Positions 25,765-37,360 of a stretch of DNA of 64,000 bases are shown one piece after another. Position 1 is the stretch's first letter. Each line of letters starts with the position of its first letter. Below the pieces are notes generated by a model, which did no database searches, was not told where the DNA came from, and saw nothing but the letters and a program-made list of their open reading frames with translations. The DNA lies in assembly GCF_037042905.1 (NCBI RefSeq), contig NC_087250.1, positions 21,578,001 through 21,642,000 on the forward strand, read 5' to 3'. This DNA is from Lytechinus pictus. Its lineage: Eukaryota. The position numbers and the translations under genes were made by a program.

Positions 25765-26743
25765 CAGTGTGTATCAAAAAAAAATTACACTTTGAAAAAG
25801 CCCTGGGAATTAAGAAATACACATAATGTGGGTAATTTTTTCACATATAATCTTGGGTTTGGGTCTCATCTATGCAATGAAAGTAAAAGTTTTGACAGAA
25901 TGTTACACTTGAGTGAGCACTGTCCTTTTTTTGTAAAGCTCGCAGAAATCTGTTTGCGCAGAAATGCTCGTTTTCACGCTGTGTCAAGGGGAAAGAGCGA
26001 AATCAAACTTACCGTACTAAACGTTTCTCATACACTTCCCTTGCACTTTTAGTCGATTGAAATAAAACGGATACATTCAAGCATTTTGTAACAATTTTGC
26101 CACCAAAATTGAAATTTCAACACTTAGTAAGCACAACCTATTACCCTTTTTGGGCCAGCTGGATCTGAGGACATAACTGAATCCGAACAAAACGTTATAT
26201 CAGACATCTCTAGCACTTTTTCAATAAGTTGTTATCATTTAAAGTGGGTTTACATTTCATTTTTCATTTAATACTTGTTTCTCCACACTTTTTCCAAGCT
26301 TGACAATGATTAACAAAATGAAAATCAAGCCTAAGCTTGTAAATCAAATTTCAGTGTAAAGCATATATCGTCACGATGGCTTCGGTGTGTGGAGGAGTGG
26401 GTTGGGGCGCAATGCACTCTTCGAAGTGTTTTGGGCAAGGAAACAAGTTAAAAAGGTAAAATATATCTTCAAATCAATTTTATTAGCTAAATTCCATGTG
26501 TTCTTCATGATTAAGGTCTACTTTTATTCGCATAACTATTTCAAAGTTCTACGCAAATAATTTTTCACTTACTTTTCAAAAGTAAGTGGTGCTCACTCAA
26601 GCGGAAATATTTTTCGACAGTTATATCGTCATTTACTTAAATGGATCTGTACCAATGTTAAAATGTAGACAAATCCTCAGGATAATTGAAATGTATGATT
26701 TTACAGGATTTTTCTAAGTGTAATTTTTTTTTTATACGCACTG
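25765..26743. mobile_element. Tc1/mariner-type non-autonomous transposon
   Basis: ~40-bp TIRs CAGTG(T/C)GTAT(C/A)AAAAAAAAATTACACTT(T/A)GAAAAA, flanked by TA on both sides within a TA-rich tract. Confidence 0.9.
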
Positions 26744-27592
26744 TATATATATATATTCGCCATTGTCATCTTGCAGTCATGGCAACGCGTCTTTAGATGC
26801 GTCTTTTACAGTGCGCTTCCTCCATCTTCAGCGCATTGATTTCTTTGAAAGGTGAGGTTCACAATCCGTATGCCCATGAACAGACGTGTTTTTCACGACT
26901 GTTTCAGAAACGGATTTAGAATCTTCTTTTTTTTTGTCACATCATGGGCACTGACGAAGAGTGTGACTTTACCTTTCATTTTTGAGAGCAGTGTTCTGTT
27001 TAAAATCTACGAATTCATTTAAACGGCATTTATTAAACCATTTATTTATATATTGTATATAAATATATATATCTATATATATATATTATGATGCGCAGAT
27101 TAGGCCCTAATGTTAGTATACATCGTTTCGGCTTCGTAATCATTAATGGGGGAGGAACAAACCTGGACGATTTTTTTTCATTTGTCTCCAGTGCATGTCA
27201 AGGCTAGGCGTTTCATCATAATAATTTCGTTATTTGCCTAACAATACTATTTACGAATTTGGTTGCATTGTACCTTGAAGGCTTTTTAAATGAAATCAAA
27301 GGATGGATATTTTTCCTTCAATATTTCAGAAGCAAAATGAAACTGCACCTATCTGACTTCTCTTTTTTTATAAAATTCCTTTCTGTCTGGCTGGTTCTTT
27401 TGATCCAAAGCTTTACAGGTTTATCGATGAAAAGGAGAAAGAGTAAACATGAGAGAAGTGGAGAGACAAGATTTGGGGGCTGGAAAAACACCTGGAGTAC
27501 CGAGGGGAAAGCTTAGACGTTAATGTTGACACGAACGATTATGGTTACATATTTTGTCCTTATTTGTATGTCTTCTGTAGTATCATATTTAA

Positions 27593-27854
27593 GTATTTAA
27601 ATGACAATAAGTATGCAAACCCAGGTTCGGCACTGATTTTGTAACTAATGGAAATCAATAAAAATCGTGTTTTGCCAGTAAACCTATTTGAGTTCAATCG
27701 AGGGTGTGGTTCGGATTCTATAAAAGTAGAGACCCTAGAACTTTACTGCTGCATCCAATATGATATTAAATATAAACACCTGAATTATAATAACCTGGGA
27801 AGCGGGAGTGTTGTTGGGTATTTTGTACACCACAAGCAGCACCCCTGAAAATAG
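27593..27854 (+). pseudogene. Candidate decayed exon (paralogue of 32252-32515)
   Basis: A non-repetitive segment of higher GC, well conserved with 32252-32515, ending at GTTGGTATG. The product is not recognised. Confidence 0.3.
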
Positions 27855-28609
27855 GTTGGTATGCTAAAATGTAGAGATTTGACACGAATCTTCTTCATTC
27901 CTGGACAGAAAAAACTTTATTATCTAATTACATTATTTTTATTTTTCAAATCGCCCAGATATTTAACTATATTTTATTCATCACCTAATCATTATCAAAA
28001 ACATGCATACAATAGTTAAAATAGCATCATCATCATTATCGTAATTTCCACCATTATCCTAAGAGTAATCATTATTATCATCATCCTAATCATCATGATC
28101 ATTATTGTCGTCTTAATCTTCGTCTTCGTCGTCGAATCGACCAATACCACCGTCATCTTTTCATCGCTACGATATTTTCTCAATCAATACGCAGATGCTT
28201 TCTACAACGCACCAATTCGTTTGAAAATGCAAATCGAATCACTCCGACAGTATAGAGAAAAAAATACGCTCTATATAAGCTTATTTTCAAATGTTTACTT
28301 TCTAGAGACCAAATTATTGTTTTAGCTAAAACAGAAAACTTTCCCTTTCGACACATTGCTGGTTTTATCTTTTCAGAAGAAGCCATGTAATGCAGTTCAC
28401 TGTTGAAGAGTTTGGGTTGATTCCATTGGCAGTTTGTCTGGTTAGAAAGAATGCTTTCATTGTGAAGGCTAGATCTATTCAGGGTAGACATTTTCATCTT
28501 TCTAAAGATCATTTGAAAATTACATTGCGCCCTTTTCAATCCTGCTTGTATTATTTTCTCAAAGCATACCGTTCCGGTTAACATGATTAAAGTATATAGA
28601 AACACATGA

Positions 28610-28790
28610 TACTACTACTACTACTATTACTACTGCTGCTGCTGCTCCTGCTAGTATTTCTACTACTACTGCTGCTGCTACTACTACTACTACTACTACT
28701 ACTACTATAACTACTATTACTATAACTACTAATATTGCTACTACTAATAATGATAATTATTAATAACAATAATAATACTAATAATATTAA
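28610..28790. repeat. Compound microsatellite (CTA)n/(CTG)n/(TAA)n
   Basis: Read directly. Confidence 0.95.
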
Positions 28791-29020
28791 CTTTAAAATC
28801 AACATTATAAGCAAACAAAATTATAACAACATCAACGATTTTCATAATAATGATGTCGATGATGATAATGATGATGATAACAAGAACAATAATACTAATA
28901 AAAATACCATGGAATGGGGAGTTGATTTGTTTATATTATATTTTTATCGTAATGGGCTCACATGGTAACCACCTGAACTCGATAAGGTTTGTTTTCAGAC
29001 AAGCTAAACGGGATTATTAA

Positions 29021-29814
29021 AGGGGAATGAATATAAGGGAGAAAAAAAAACTGTAGATAGATTCATATAAACGATGAAAATTACAATTTCAATTTTTTAC
29101 ATTGCCAGACGAAAGCTTACAAATCATTATATTCTATTTATTTGCACGTTTATGCTGTTATATATCTAAGTTTATAATGTTTTATATAAATGACTATATA
29201 TGATCTTCAGCACATTGATTTTTTCCGTTATAATAGTCATGGTTTGTCTTCAATCAAATGTATAATTTTTATTTAGCCCAGCTAAATGCATACTTATATG
29301 AAAACCAAATGAGACAGTTAAGTAAATAATATTTCGATATTTGATTATCTTTGCACTTTCTTCACAATCCATCTTGACGAAAGTCTGAATATTCTAATGA
29401 AATTGATTAAAGTCATAATTATTATAGTATATTTAAACATAAAGGGGGTATAAGTTTTATGACTTCTGACGGCATCGCCGTACGCGGTTAATTGGTAGAT
29501 TTTTCCCAATAAAGTCCACTCAGACCAGCGTTTATTAAGTCTGAAGTTGTCAAACCGGTCATTAAGCACGAGTCACATCGCTCTTACCATAGTAGCAACT
29601 ACAATTTTGCACACGAAGTGCACGTCTAACGTTCCCGTCGTGGTGGCGAAAACTCCCTACTCAGACGATGTACAATTATAATTAGTGATCTCGATATTCA
29701 AATGTGCATAACCTTCTCATTGTCAAGCTTACTAAAACTTTTTTTTTTAATTTATTTTTTCCTCTATTTTTAAAGAGCTAACATGCTCTAACAGTCTAAT
29801 GGTTTCATTCACCT
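29021..29814. mobile_element. Kolobok-like MITE
   Basis: TTAA|AGGGGAATGAA ... TTCATTCACCT|TTAG termini. Confidence 0.6.
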
Positions 29815-29951
29815 TTAGCGCACTAGGGTTTTTTTTACTCATGTGGATTGCGGATGAATTGTTATTATTCTATTATCTTATTTAGATTATAAGCAACACG
29901 ATTCACAACATACCACTCAATTAAGAATTATAGTAGTTATTATTCCATCGC

Positions 29952-30008
29952 TATATATATATATTTGTGTGTGTGAGGGTGTGTGCGTGTGTGTGTATGT
30001 ATATATAT

Positions 30009-30080
<72 letters not shown>
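29952..30080. repeat. (TA)n/(TG)n/(CA)n compound microsatellite
   Basis: Read directly. Confidence 0.95.
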
Positions 30081-30083
<3 letters not shown>

Positions 30084-30227
30084 GTTATACATGTACAACA
30101 GCTTTGGCAACTCTTTTTATTTTAAATATTGTAAAGAAATGAATGAAGAGAACAATGGTAGGTGTAGTATAAATCAAGGTTACCCAGAGCTATCTACCCT
30201 TTGGAAAAATTGGTGATGCCGAAAAAA

Positions 30228-30297
30228 TGTCTCTGCCGGGAATCGAATCCGGGCCCCCAGCTTTGAACGCCGGTGCCTTAACCGCTAGACCACAGAG
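30228..30297 (-). tRNA. tRNA-like copy (UCA anticodon), lacking the first 2 nt and with G53 changed to A
   Basis: Reverse complement of the 30478-30549 cloverleaf with the T-run retained. The inversion breakpoint lies in the 5' acceptor strand. Confidence 0.55.
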
Positions 30298-30477
30298 GTA
30301 TGGTGTATGGTATACGTGTACTGTATAAAAGCAATAGCTTTGATCCAGCTGAGGCATGGCGGCTTGTCATTGTTCAAAACCCACCTTCACCCGACAAAGG
30401 AAATTATAATTGGTATAGTGTCGAAAATCTGTCTATCTGACGGTCAATCGGATCGGGGTCGCCCTAGCCACTAACCT

Positions 30478-30549
30478 GTCTCTGTGGTCTAGTGGTTAAG
30501 GCACCGGCGTTCAAAGCTGGGGGCCCGGGTTCGATTCCCGGCAGAGACA
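30478..30549 (+). tRNA. tRNA-like gene with a complete cloverleaf and anticodon TCA (opal-suppressor-like, not tRNA-Sec architecture)
   Basis: Acceptor GTCTCTG/CAGAGAC plus discriminator A; D arm GTCT/AGGC with loop AGTGGTTA; anticodon stem CCGGC/GCTGG with loop GT-TCA-AA (anticodon at 30511-30513); 4-nt variable loop; T arm CCGGG/CCCGG with loop TTCGATT; TTTTTT terminator at 30550-30555. Confidence 0.75.
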
Positions 30550-30555
30550 TTTTTT
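30550..30555 (+). terminator. RNA polymerase III T-run terminator
   Basis: T6 immediately follows the discriminator base and is retained in all three copies. Confidence 0.7.
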
Positions 30556-30884
30556 CGGCATCACCAATTTTTCCAAAGGGTAAATAGCTCTGGGGAACCT
30601 TGATTTAAGCTACGCCTACCATTGTTCTCTTCATTCATTTCTTTACAATATTTAGAATAAAAAGAGTTGCCAAAGCTGTTGTACATGTATAACTTCACAC
30701 ATTTGTATACTTTCTCCCATACGTGTACTGTATCAAAGCAATAGCTTTGATCCAGCTGAGGCATGGCGGCTTGTCATTGTTCAAAACCCACCTTCACCCG
30801 ACAAAGGAAATTATAATTGGTATTGTGTCGAAAATCTGTCTATCTGACGGTCAATCGGATCGGGGTCGCCCTAGCCACTAACAC

Positions 30885-30956
30885 GTCTCTGTGGTCTAGT
30901 GGTTAAGGCACCGGCGTTCAAAGCTGGGGGCTCGGGTTCGATTCCAGGCAGAGATA
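30885..30956 (+). tRNA. Third tRNA-like copy (UCA anticodon) with three substitutions in the T and acceptor stems
   Basis: Identical to 30478-30549 except C49T, C63A and C72T. Followed by T6. Confidence 0.6.
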
Positions 30957-31162
30957 TTTTTTCGGCATCACCAATTTTTCCAAAGGGTAGATAGCTCTGG
31001 GGAACCTTGATTTAAGCTACGCCTACCATTGTTCTCTTCATTCATTTCTTTACAATATATATATATATATTGCGCAGAGTAGGCCTAGATGTTTTACACA
31101 TCGTTTCGGCCTCGTAATCATTAAAGGGGGAACAAACATGCACGATACGAGGCTGTGATAAT

Positions 31163-31809
31163 GGGCAGATGCATAAAAGTAGCAATTGCTGGCAAGCAAT
31201 TGCTTCAAGCGCAAGTAAACGATCATGTTTCAGCAAATTACCGCTTGGTGTCAAACTACCTTGTTTCTTTTTGATAATTCTATATATTTAACATTTGATT
31301 TGCACTTATTATTTAAATGTATGAATTATTATGTAAGATTTATTATGTTTATTGTCATGTTCCAAATGTAGACTGCATTATTCATGTTAAATTTTTACAA
31401 TGTGTTGTCTATCATTTTGCACGGCATGTAAACAAGAAGAATTTCCAATTATGGACAATAAATAAATACTTATACTTATTAAACATGTATTTGTAGGCTA
31501 CGGTATACCTTGGTGTTCTCTCTTAGGTGCATAAACATGATTAAAAAACACCCTGATCAAGCAAAAGCTGAAGTTATTCTGACCGTGCTTGAAAAAAAAC
31601 CAAGGAAGCACTTTAACACGCAAGCGAAATGTTCGCTTTATGCATACGATTTTTAGCAATAGATCAATCGTCAAGGAAATGCTAGCAGTCAGCGATTTCT
31701 TGAACTTACTGGCAAAAGCATATGCTCGCTCAGTTTATGCATACGAAATCAATCAAAAGCAAGGCAAAAGCCTCGAAAAAGCAATTGCTACTTTTTATGC
31801 ATCTGACCC
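31163..31809. mobile_element. PIF/Harbinger-like MITE (compact relative of 12360-23900)
   Basis: TIRs GGG(T)CAGATGCATAAAA(A)GTAGCAATTGCT and a 3-bp TSD AAT/AAT. It is absent from the paralogous site near 27170. Confidence 0.85.
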
Positions 31810-32251
31810 AATGCATCGTAATGTTCTTTTTCATCTTTTTCTTTTGCCTTCAGTGCATGTCACGGTTAGGCGTTTCATCATATCGTAATTTCGTTATTGG
31901 CCTAACAATGTTTTTTACGAATTTGGTTGCGTTGTAGCGTGACGGCTTTTTGAATGAAATCAAAGGAAAGCTATTTTTCCTTCAATTTATCAGAAGCAAA
32001 ATGAAACTGCACCCTTCTTACTTCTCGTTTTTAATAGCATTCCTTTCTGTCTGGCTGGTTCTTTTGATCAAAAGCTTTACCAGGTTTACCGATGAAAAGG
32101 GGAAAGAGTACAGAATGAGAGAAGTAGAGAGATAGATACAGATTAGGGGGCGGGGAAAACACATGGAATACTGAGGGGAAAGCTTAGACACGAACGATTA
32201 GGGTTACATATTTTGTCCTTATTTGTATGTCGTCTGTATTATTATATTTAG

Positions 32252-32515
32252 ATATTTAAATGACAGTAAGCATGCATTCCCAGGTTCGGCAGTAACTTTG
32301 TAGCTTATGGAAGTCAATAAAATCGTGTTTTTGCCTGGTAAACCTATTTGGGTTCAACCGAGGGTCTGGTTCGGATTCTATAAAAGTAGAGACCCTGGAA
32401 CTTTACTGCTGCATCCAATATGGTATTACATATAAACACCTGGATGATCATAGCCTGGGAAGCGGGATTGCTTTTGGATATTTTGTACACCGTAAGCAGC
32501 ACCCCTGGACATTTG
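32252..32515 (+). pseudogene. Candidate decayed exon of an unrecognised gene
   Basis: Acceptor ATTTAG and donor GTTGGT. One frame reads YLNDSKHAFPGSAVTL*LMEVNKIVFLPGKPIWVQPRVWFGFYKSRDPGTLLLHPIWYYI*TPG*S*PGKRDCFWIFCTP*AAPLDI without a frameshift. Confidence 0.35.
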
Positions 32516-35084
32516 GTTGGTATGTTAAATGTAGAGGTTTGACAAAAATCTTCTTCATTTTTAGAGAGAAAAATGTTTATCTACTTATCATTATTGTTGT
32601 TGTAATTTTTAAAGACTAAATTTAGTTCTGTGTTGGAATAAATCTTTCTTTTTTCTTGTCATCTTTTTTCTTCTGAACAAAATCCTCTGTCATCATGGTC
32701 ATTTTGAAGTGAAACTCTTTTTTCTTGGTCTCTTTAACAAACCAGCACCCCCTATTTCTAAATCGTTATCAGGGCAGTGTGGTCAATCATTCAGTAATCG
32801 AAATATAATTTAAATATTGCGAAATAGCACAATCACATTTAGCTGGTAGACCAAGCGGCGATTCGATCCAGGAGCGTTTTGCTGAGCCGTACGTATGAAC
32901 GATTCAATACAAATGCAATAAAAAGGGACGACCCTCGATGACTTTGATGCTGTGCTCATTTATTTTATATATCTTTATTTTTCCACGGCATTTGCCGGCA
33001 TGCATGCAACCACTAATTTCGGGGAAGGTAAATAGTTAATAATTATAACTACAATAATTCCTTTATTTTGCTCGTATCTGTATAAAAAACAGCCACAATA
33101 ATTTGGTTACTCAGGAAAGATTTAAAAAAATGAATAAAAGTCAGTAATACTCCCTCAGAAAGTATCTCAAAGGTGTGTATAAATTGATAGGAAGACAAAG
33201 CTTAAATTATAGCCAGCTTTATCAAGCTTTCTGTTCCAAATTAACTTATTATCCATGATATTTGTTAAAGTCTTCTGGGATCACGGGGGTCCTTCGCCAT
33301 ATTTTAAAGGAAAAAATTTTCATATATCTATGATATTTTTTCTTCCAGTACCCTATGAAATGTTTCCTTCCACTCATAAAAAAAATTTGTCAAAGTAAAC
33401 AATTTTTAGGTAAATATTTGTCCGATGAATAAAAACGGTCTATACCAGTCAAAAATGTTATATATTTAAAACAAGAACAAAGTCGCAATTTTTGATTTTT
33501 TTTTTTGGGGGTCGGATAAATTCTCGATAAAACATAATTAATCTCGGCCAATTCTTTTAAAATTGTGATCAATAATTTAATTCTTGAAAGTCCATGGTAA
33601 TCAAAAGTTGAATAAAACATTAAAAACGAAAAATTATCATCCTCCAGATTTTCCCGGTGTAAAATTATACTGGGCCGGTCGTTGGTGTCATATACTCTCT
33701 TTTTAACATCAAATTTGCATTTGATTTCAAAGAGCGTATATAAAGTCCTAGTAAGGTACAATAAAGGCAATCTCAGACTGTTTAAAATTATAGTTAAATA
33801 ATATTTTTTCTTAATAACCTTCCACAGGTCTGGGTTCCTTTATTGAAAATCCGTGGGGTACATGTATGCAGTAACACAATATGTCATAAAACATGTCATA
33901 AAATGTCATTAAAAAAATACAATACTCCAATACATTTTCAAAGTGAAACAAACACTCCTTAGCAAGTAATTTATACACACAGACTTAAGGCACCAAAATG
34001 AAACGAAAATAGTAAGATTGCGACGTATTTGCTAAGTTTCATACCGCCCGATTTTTGCTTGTATTTTTCTTCTATTTAAAACATGATGATACTCTGTAAT
34101 TTCAAACTTATCTCTTCATGTTTATTATTGCTTTTGTTTTTCTTTCGCCAAATATATTTGGTCAAAATCTTGATGATATTTCTTTTGTGGTATATTCTTT
34201 TATTTGGATCGAAATCACAAAGAGAGTTGTTGATAGTTTTAAATGGAATTGCGACCCAAAAAGAGAGTTTTGTAACTTTGAGAGAAAAATCAGACATGTC
34301 GATACATGATAGTGATGAATTATAATATATTTGGATTTATGTTTTTTTTTTAATCATTCATAATGTTCTATTTTTTGGCATGCAGGAAGTTGGTCTACAT
34401 GTCAGAAAGCGTATTATAATATATTCTAAACTCATTTGATAGGATATGAAATCGGTCTAGTTTGGTCTACAATACACTTCGTCTATTATTGTATTTATTA
34501 GATTGAGTGGGTATTTTCTAACATAATAATTAGAAAATAAACCCGCTGTAAAAAGGTTATAACAATGAAATATAATTGGACCAAGTTATCGCTATCAAGC
34601 GACAAGATGAGACAACCCAGATGGTAGAAAAGGGCATCCTAGATCCATAAAAGGTAGGGTCCATTTAACCCAATGTTTAGTGAAAATTATAACAAAGTTT
34701 TCGAACTCTCGGGTAAAATGGACCCCTTAAATTTCGTGAATTTAGGATGCTTTTTGCTCAAACGGATTTGGGTATTTGCGACTGCCCGACCCAAAGCGAT
34801 AATCTGTTGTGATGGCACAAACCGTGTGGACAAGGGACTTGTACAAACAATAGTGATTGATCCGGTCAATCTCATCTCTATCGATTTTTTATTCTTGTGA
34901 TATTTTAAAATAGGAAATTTGTTCTTAGTAAATACAAATGAGCTCAACGATTTTTCAAGGCAAGAAATCACGTAACACCTGTGTCTGGGGCCACCTGTCT
35001 ATACTTAAAACTTTCCTACAGTGGCCACTAAAACCAGGCATTTTTTCGTCGGTATGTCTATACAAGAACCTGTCTATAAGGGCA

Positions 35085-37250
35085 AAGAATCTTCACGTGA
35101 AAATACTGATTATATTGTACTAAATGTCGTGAAGGAGAAGTTGGGAGTCAATATCGGTATCGGCGACATCGACCGAAGTCACAGAGTTGGGCCTATCCGT
35201 AACATCCAACATAGGAATGAGAGTGTCCAGGGTTCGTCGTCTGTTGCTAGTGCTGTTGCTGACACCTCAACGACAGCGGCGTAACAGGGGTCGGTGGCCA
35301 GGGGGGGGCAAGAGCCAAAAATTTCCCGGTCGTATAGCATACTAACCTCGTACTAGTGAGAGTGGGTCATATCATGGTATGAACAGGCGTAATGGTGTAA
35401 TGAGGCGACGATTTTGAGAGGGCCAGATATTGCGTATCGGGCAGAATTTATCTTTAAAAAAAAATGTTGCCAGCGAAGCGAGCCAGCAAAAATTTTGACA
35501 TTTTTAATACAAAAATTCAATTTTGTGATATATAGATTTTGACATGATATCCAGATAATATATTTCAATCTTTTCTCTTTCCATTCCTTTTTTTTGTGTT
35601 CTGTACGCCACTGTGAACAGGATTTTTGCGGCAGTAGCGTGAAGAGTAAAAAAAAAAAAACGAGGGGCACAGTATGGCGCATGTGCTAAAAAGCTGCTTA
35701 ATATAAATCCCGAGCGAGCGAAGCGAGCGAGAAAAAGAAAATCACCTTTTCATGAGAAACTGACTTTGAGATATTTTTGATATTATATTCAGTAAATAAA
35801 ATCATAGTCCTACACTTTTCCTTTGCTTTTCTTTCCTTCCATACTCATATACGGCAGTGCTATGCGGTTGGGGTCCTGGGCGGAGCCCCCGGAACCTTTT
35901 GATATCAAAGCCGTTTAAACCTCGCAGATTGCCGCTTTTTTAAATCAAATCGCGGGTATATACAGGATATAGCTTTTACACAACACATTTATTCAACCCA
36001 GTTGCGTAATGAAGGCAAAACATAGCAATGTGGGAAAATTTGTAAAAAGTCGCCAGAGAGCAAAGCGAGCTGAAAAAAAATTGTATTGCCTATTGAAATT
36101 ATATTCTAATTATGTGATAGATTTTTCATTATATTCAGCAAATAACAAATTTAATTGTTTCCATTCGTTTCATTACTTTGTCTCCTATAATTTCTTTTAT
36201 TTCCCCTTAGGTCTGGAACCAGGCCCCCACACCTGTACGCCAGTGATTGAATGAAAAGCTTAATGTAGGAAAGGTCCCTACAGGGGGCGTTGGCGTTATA
36301 GAGCCATTTGAATGTTAGGCCTATAGATGAAGAGCCCCTACTGCGTGGGGTCTGGGGCAAAGCCCTGGTAGCTTTTTTGCATAAAATTTAGCAAGCTTAT
36401 AATTATATAGCACAATGTTGGATGCATGCAGTCCATCTTTCTTCCCGCTCTTTATTTTCAATCCTCGGCAGCCCGGTCGTGTTATTAAAAAAAATTATTG
36501 TTCTTCTTTGTTTTCCAAGTTAGCTTAAATTGACTAATTCCATTTTACCTTCATTTCCCGCTATTGTTTGCCATTTTGTCATCTTTAAATTTATTTCCCA
36601 TCATGCTATTGCTTTCCATAGGCCTATTTCGGAATGATTTGTTTTTTCTCAGATGTTGTTCTTTCTGTCCTTTTCCCGCTTTCCTTTCTTTTCCATTAAA
36701 AAAATGAAAATTTCTTCGTTTTATTTTGATTTTCCCTTTCCCTTTCCTCCTTTCCCTTTCCCCTTTCCTTCCCCCTTCCCTTTCTTCCCCCTCCCTTTTC
36801 TTTTTTCCCCGTTTTTTATTTTCCCGGTGAAATCCGCCAGGGGGGGCAGCTTGCCCCCCCTGCCACTGCTCAACGACATCTTTGAGTTCTTCAACTTCTT
36901 CGTCGACGTCATATGCCAGCAAGTTAACACTGTCACCATCTACCTCGAACAGGGATCGTCTTCATCATAGAGCAAGAATAGTCAAGCTCACCTCTTATCG
37001 TGCTCGCCAAACCATTCTCCTTTCTCGACGGAAGCTGAAAGGTACTGGGGTTTCCATCTCAGAAGATCTAACGGCTGAAAATTATGGGATACTCAAAACA
37101 GCACGACAGTCGACAAAGGTCACAGCTTCATGGTCGAGTGATGGTCGAATCTTTGTGGCGTTACCGGCTTCAAATGGCAAAACTGTCAAGAAACTCGTTA
37201 GATCACTAAAGGAAGCGAAGCAACTCTCATCATCTACTAGATCAAAATAG
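35085..37250 (+). pseudogene. ORF1 (RNA-binding, L1-type RRM/CTD-like) of a CR1/L2-group LINE, split by a hAT insertion
   Basis: ENTDYIVLNVVKEKLGV...DIDRSHRVG lies left of the insert and IVKLTSYRAR...RRKLKGTGVSISEDLT...WSSDGRIFV right of it. Removing 35274-36876 restores one frame (...ADTSTTSLSSSTSS...). Confidence 0.85.
35274..36868. mobile_element. Non-autonomous hAT transposon
   Basis: Perfect 8-bp TSD CTCAACGA (35266-35273, 36869-36876), termini CAGCGGC/GCCACTG and G/C-rich subtermini. Confidence 0.9.
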
Positions 37251-37360
37251 AGATTTGATATGACAGATGAAATGCAATTAACTCTGGAAGTTGTTGAATT
37301 GAACAGAATATTCCGTATACTTTGATTTTTTTATTTGTTATATATATATATTTTTTTTTT

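Larger units (their letters stand above)
30075..31056. mobile_element. tRNA-containing repeat: one inverted partial copy plus 1.8 tandem copies of a ~407-bp unit, embedded in (TA)n
   Basis: 30075-30297 is the reverse complement of 30480-30701. 30312-30650 is repeated at 30720-31056. Microsatellites flank both sides. Confidence 0.85.

Noticed and set aside
30478..30549. Selenocysteine tRNA or mitochondrial tRNA-Trp(UCA) insertion
   Set aside because: It lacks the long variable arm and extended acceptor/T stem of tRNA-Sec. It is GC-rich with nuclear Pol III A/B boxes and a T6 terminator, and no mitochondrial genes flank it.
36551..36970. Lys/Gly/Glu-rich and Phe/Pro-rich ORFs
   Set aside because: These come from a polypyrimidine tract in the hAT subterminal region.
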